Positions 59,972 through 64,000 of a DNA stretch of 64,000 bases are shown one piece after another. Source of the stretch: Halorussus marinus. Its GTDB lineage: Archaea > Halobacteriota > Halobacteria > Halobacteriales > Haladaptataceae. Location: NCBI RefSeq assembly GCF_004765795.1, contig NZ_SBIV01000002.1, positions 186,001 through 250,000 of the forward strand. The letters run 5' to 3'. The translations under genes and the position numbers were made by a program. The stretch's first letter is position 1, and every line of letters begins with the position of its first letter. The notes beneath the pieces were generated by a model that saw nothing but the letters and a program-made list of their open reading frames with translations, had not been told where the DNA came from and made no database searches.

Positions 59972-60625
59972 GTGACACCGGGTGGGGGCCCGAGCTTCGA
60001 GGACGCGCGCGAACGCATGGTCGGCCGGCTCGCCGACCGCGAGGACCTGTCGGAGGCGACGCTCGCGGCGATGCGGGCGGTCCCGCGCCACGAGTTCGTT
60101 CCGCCGAACCGCCGCGACCGGGCCTACGAGGACCGACCGTTACCGATCGGCGACGACCAGACGATCAGCGCGCCCCACATGGTGGCGTCGATGGTCGACC
60201 AGCTCGACCTCGATTCCGGCGAATCGGTCCTCGAAATCGGGACCGGGTGTGGGTATCACGCCGCGGTCACCGCCGAAGTCGTCGGGGCCGAGAACGTCTC
60301 CAGCGTCGAGTACCACGAGTCGCTCGCCGAGTCGGCCCGCGAGCGACTCGCCGAGTTGGGCTACGGCGACGTCTCGATCCGGGTCGGCGACGGCCACGAG
60401 GGGTGGCGGGCACACGCGCCGTACGACGCCGCCTACCTGACCTGCGCCGCGACCGCGCTCCCCGAGGCGGTGGTCGAACAGGTACGACCCGGCGGACGAC
60501 TGCTCGGCCCGATCGGCGCGGCGGCCGGCGCCCAGCGGCTCGTCTACGCCCGGCGGCGGGCCGACGGATCGCTCGATCGGGAGACCCGCGGCCGGGTCCG
60601 GTTCGTCCCGATGCAGGAAGACTAA
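59972..60625 (+). CDS. pcm: Protein-L-isoaspartate O-methyltransferase
   Basis: VPRHEF, QTISAPHMV, VLEIGTGCGY, APYD, VRFVPM. Confidence 0.93.
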   Translation: MTPGGGPSFEDARERMVGRLADREDLSEATLAAMRAVPRHEFVPPNRRDRAYEDRPLPIGDDQTISAPHMVASMVDQLDLDSGESVLEIGTGCGYHAAVTAEVVGAENVSSVEYHESLAESARERLAELGYGDVSIRVGDGHEGWRAHAPYDAAYLTCAATALPEAVVEQVRPGGRLLGPIGAAAGAQRLVYARRRADGSLDRETRGRVRFVPMQED

Positions 60626-60650
60626 GCCGCCCGAGGCTCCTTCTGTCGGT

Positions 60651-61562
60651 ATGGACTACCGCGAAGCGCTGCTGTTGCGAGCCGCCCGCGAGAGCGGCGT
60701 GCTGGCGGCGGTGACCACCGACGCCGGGACGCCGAACGCGGTCGCCGACCGGGCCGGCGTGACCGAGCGCGCCGCCCGCATCACCCTCGACGCGATGGCG
60801 GAACTGGGCTACCTCGAATCGGTCGACGGCGAGTACGAGATCACGAACCGCGCGCTCGGGTTCGTCGCCAAGGCCGACGTGCGCTCGATCGGACCCGTGC
60901 CACACGCCCTCGACTGCGTCGAGCGGTGGATCCGACTCCCCGAGACCATGGCGTCGGGCGAGCCGCCCGAACCGCCCGCCGAGTGGACGACCAACTTCGC
61001 GGGCGCGATGGCCAGCGTCGACGAGGCCCTCGTCCGGGCGTGTGTCACCGCCGCGGTCCACCGCAACCCCGACGCCGAGCGCGTCCTCGACGCGGGCGGC
61101 GGCCCCGGAGCGTTCGCGGCGGAGTTCGCCAGCCGCGGGTTCGACGTGACGCTGTTCGACCGGCCGGACGTGATCGACATCGACCGGAAACTCCTCGAAC
61201 ACGAACCGATCGAGCTGGTCGAAGGCGATGCGACCGAGAGCCTGCCGGCAGGGTTCGATCTGGTGTTCTGCTCGCGGGTCGCCCACGGGCTCGGCCCCGA
61301 CGAGAACCGCCGACTGCTCGCCAACGCGTACGACGCGCTCGACCCGGGCGGCGCGGTCGTCCTCGTCGACAGCCTCCGGGGCCGGGCCGACGGCGCCGCT
61401 CTGCTCGGCGCGCACATGCTCGCCCAGACCGAGCGCGGCGATACCTACACCGAGGCCCGGTTCACCGAGTGGCTGGAAGCCGCCGGCTTCGAGTCGATCG
61501 AGGTCCGGGACGTGCCCGGCACCGACCGACAGGTCGTCGCCGGGCGACGACCGACCGAGTGA
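60651..61562 (+). CDS. SAM-dependent O-methyltransferase-like protein with N-terminal HTH/dimerisation domain
   Basis: VLDAGGGPG, LFDRP, EGD, LDPGGAVVLVD. Confidence 0.85.
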   Translation: MDYREALLLRAARESGVLAAVTTDAGTPNAVADRAGVTERAARITLDAMAELGYLESVDGEYEITNRALGFVAKADVRSIGPVPHALDCVERWIRLPETMASGEPPEPPAEWTTNFAGAMASVDEALVRACVTAAVHRNPDAERVLDAGGGPGAFAAEFASRGFDVTLFDRPDVIDIDRKLLEHEPIELVEGDATESLPAGFDLVFCSRVAHGLGPDENRRLLANAYDALDPGGAVVLVDSLRGRADGAALLGAHMLAQTERGDTYTEARFTEWLEAAGFESIEVRDVPGTDRQVVAGRRPTE

Positions 61563-61669
61563 GTGGGATCGCCGGGGTCGGGACAGCGTCGGCGCTCGTC
61601 GGCCCGATCGGGCCCCCGAGTCCGGCCGCGGCCGCGCGATTCAAGACCCTCGACCACCACCGTGGAGAT

Positions 61670-62413
61670 ATGGAACTCGCGGTGCTGCGCGACGACATGG
61701 TCGACAGCCTCGAACACCCCTCGAAGGGGTTCGTCGCCAGCGACGAAGTCAGCGCGGCGATGCGGGCGGTCCCGCGCCACGAGTTCGTGGAGGACGATCG
61801 ACTGGCCTACGCCGACCGGTCGTTCGAGCACAGGGGGACCCGCGTTCTCGCGCCCAGTACCGCCGCCCGCCTGCTGGAGGCCCTCGACGCGTCGGCCGGC
61901 GACTCGGTCCTCGTCGTGGGCGCCGGCGTCGGTTACACCGCGGCCGTCCTCGCGGAGATCGTCGGCGAGCGAAACGTCCACGCCGTCGACATCACACGGA
62001 GTCTCGTGCTCGACGCGCGGGCGAACCTCTCGACAGCGGGGTACGACGGCGTGTTCGTCGACCGTCGGAACGGCGCCGACGGACTCCCGGAGTACGCGCC
62101 GTTCGACCGCATTCTGGTGGAGGCCGCCGCGGTCGAGCCGCCCCGGGCGCTGATCGACCAGCTCGCGCCCGACGGCCGGCTGGTGATTCCGCTCGGGACC
62201 GGCGAGCAGTCGCTGACGATCGTGACCGACGATGAGTCGGCGTCCCGGCCGCTCGGGACCGTGCTGTTCGCGCCGCTGCTCGCCGACGGCGAGCACGCAG
62301 ACGCCGTCGAGCGCAACCGGACCGTCCGCGAGGACCGCGAGCGCGCCGATCGGGCCCGCGAACGCCGGACCGGCTGGGAGCACGACTGGATCGACTGGGA
62401 CGGCTACTCGTAG
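61670..62413 (+). CDS. pcm: Protein-L-isoaspartate O-methyltransferase paralogue
   Basis: VPRHEF, VLVVGAGVGY, APFDRI, QLAPDGRLVIP. Confidence 0.88.
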   Translation: MELAVLRDDMVDSLEHPSKGFVASDEVSAAMRAVPRHEFVEDDRLAYADRSFEHRGTRVLAPSTAARLLEALDASAGDSVLVVGAGVGYTAAVLAEIVGERNVHAVDITRSLVLDARANLSTAGYDGVFVDRRNGADGLPEYAPFDRILVEAAAVEPPRALIDQLAPDGRLVIPLGTGEQSLTIVTDDESASRPLGTVLFAPLLADGEHADAVERNRTVREDRERADRARERRTGWEHDWIDWDGYS

Positions 62414-62895
62414 TCGGCCAACACGAGTATCGCGGTGTTTTCCCGATCGTCGGCGTACTCGGTGCCGGCGGGGGGCTTTATCGACACGTCGAGGGTTCCC
62501 TCCGGCTGATTCGAACCCAGTTCGGGGTCGATGTCGACGGTCGCCCGACCGTCGTCGCCGGTCGTCCCGGTGGCGACGCCGTCGATCGTCGCCGTGCCGC
62601 TCCGGACGACGACCGTCGCGTCCGAGACCGGGGCGCCGTCCGGGTCGACCACTTCGACCTCGACGCTCTGGTCGGTCGGACCGACCACGTCCGGCGACGG
62701 TCTGGCGTCGAGTTCGGTCACGGTGAGGCCGTTCAGCCCCGAGAGCATGTTCATCATCACGCCGAGGCTGGCGACCCCGACCACGAGAGCGATGACGAGT
62801 CGGATCGGGAGCCCCTCGATGGCGCGGTCGTCGTCGCGAAAGCGGTCGAACGCGGTGCAATCGAAGGGATCCGGACAGCCCAGTGGGTGAGCCAT
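62404..62895 (-). CDS. Pilin-like protein with class III signal peptide and Ig-like domain (DUF7382-like)
   Basis: DDRA/IEGLPIRLVIALVVGV; start uncertain. Confidence 0.75.
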   Translation of the reverse strand: MAHPLGCPDPFDCTAFDRFRDDDRAIEGLPIRLVIALVVGVASLGVMMNMLSGLNGLTVTELDARPSPDVVGPTDQSVEVEVVDPDGAPVSDATVVVRSGTATIDGVATGTTGDDGRATVDIDPELGSNQPEGTLDVSIKPPAGTEYADDRENTAILVLADYE

Positions 62896-62971
62896 AGCCG
62901 GGGCTGGTCCCGGCTTCGGACTTAAACCCTCGCGCGAACGTTTATCCACCGAACCGCGCCAACCGGATCGC

Positions 62972-64000
62972 GTGTCCCGAATCCTCGGTCGCCGCGAGTC
63001 GGAGTCCGGTCCCGAACGCCCGGCGGGCCACCTCGGTTCGTATCGCGCACGCGACGGGAGCCCCGGCGCGCGGGTCCGCCTCGACTTCGAGTCGTCCCAC
63101 GCGGGCGTCGTGGTGGGCAAGCGCGGCTACGGCAAGTCCTACACGCTGGGCGTCCTCGCCGAAGAACTCGCCGACTCGACGGGGGTCGCCCCGATCGTCG
63201 CGGACCCGATGGGAATCTTCGACTCGCTCGGGACGCTCGGCGCCGAGGTGGTCGCCGAGCCCCGGGTGGCCGCCGACGCGCTCGGCCCGCGGACGTGGTG
63301 TGACCTGCTGGGGCTCGCCCCGGACTCGGCGGTCGGGGCGCTGGTCTGGCGGGCCGCCGCGGCCCGGGCGACGCTCGAGGGAATGCAGTCGTTCGTCGCT
63401 GGCACCGACACGAAAGCCGATCGGTCGACCAGACGGGCCGCGGAGAACCACCTCGCGCTCGCCGACTCGTGGGACGCGTTCGCGCCGGACGGGCTGACCG
63501 CCGCCGACCTCCTCGGCGACCCCCCGGAGGCGGCGTCCGAGACGCGTTCGGGCGTCGTGGTCGACCTCTCCGGGCTGGACGCCGAGGCCGCGAACGCGGT
63601 CGTACGCGGGATCGCTCGCGACCTCTACGACCACTGCGTCCGCGAACGCCCGGCCCGGCTCCCGTGGCTACTCGTCGACGAGGCCCACGCGTTCTTCGAC
63701 GGCGTCGCGGGGCCCGCGCTCCGGACCGTCCTGACCCGGGGTCGCCAGCCGGGGGTCAGCCTCGTGGCGGCCACCCAGCGCCCGGCCGCGTTGCCGGCGG
63801 TCGCGGTCTCGCAGGCCGACCTCCTGTTCGCCCACCGGCTCACGTCTCGGGCGGACATAGACGCCCTCGGGGACGCCCGGCCGACGTACGTCGCGTCGGC
63901 GCTCGGCGAGCGACTCCCCGAGAAACCCGGCGAAGCGCTCGTGGTCGACGACGCGACCGAGAGCGTCCACGCGGTCCGGATCCGCGAGCGCGAGACGGCC
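62972..64000 (+). CDS. HerA/VirB4-like (DUF87) P-loop ATPase, truncated at window end
   Basis: Manual translation: VVGKRGYGKSY, LLVDEAH, RGRQPGVSLVAATQRP. Confidence 0.85.
   Translation, partial: MSRILGRRESESGPERPAGHLGSYRARDGSPGARVRLDFESSHAGVVVGKRGYGKSYTLGVLAEELADSTGVAPIVADPMGIFDSLGTLGAEVVAEPRVAADALGPRTWCDLLGLAPDSAVGALVWRAAAARATLEGMQSFVAGTDTKADRSTRRAAENHLALADSWDAFAPDGLTAADLLGDPPEAASETRSGVVVDLSGLDAEAANAVVRGIARDLYDHCVRERPARLPWLLVDEAHAFFDGVAGPALRTVLTRGRQPGVSLVAATQRPAALPAVAVSQADLLFAHRLTSRADIDALGDARPTYVASALGERLPEKPGEALVVDDATESVHAVRIRERETA

Overview
GC-rich, acidic-proteome haloarchaeal (class Halobacteria) chromosomal segment, mostly core genes. In order: citramalate/isopropylmalate synthase, TspO, tRNA-Ser(CGA), MoxR plus a DUF58 operon, a type IV pilus operon (PilB, PilC, five class-III-signal-peptide proteins), an ABC exporter, MinD and partner, aldehyde dehydrogenase, the cobinamide-salvage operon (HAD-cbiB-cobS-cobY-cobD-cbiZ), an M24 peptidase, an accessory stretch at about 27.3-33.3 kb ending at tRNA-Tyr(GTA), cdrL-cdrS-ftsZ2, ncsA, crtY-brp/blh without an opsin, a TrkA/TrkH/TrkH/APC/USP/DHH cluster, azlCD, endonuclease IV, lipoate ligase, Rio2, rpl15e, ubaA, DoxX, DsbA, two PIMT paralogues and a truncated HerA-like ATPase. 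I saw no CRISPR array, rRNA, transposase or integrase. The most unusual items are: (i) a co-oriented trio of a Cys-less peroxiredoxin paralogue, a histidine kinase with an extra His-containing C-terminal membrane domain and a Tat-exported, membrane-anchored papain-like protein; (ii) a mosaic pilin with an AT-rich variable half; (iii) a DtxR-type palindrome in front of an unannotated 37-aa Cys peptide; (iv) a GTAAGAC repeat array in the cdrS-ftsZ2 leader. All calls come from reading motifs by eye; no searches were run, and start codons were adjusted manually from the ORF track.
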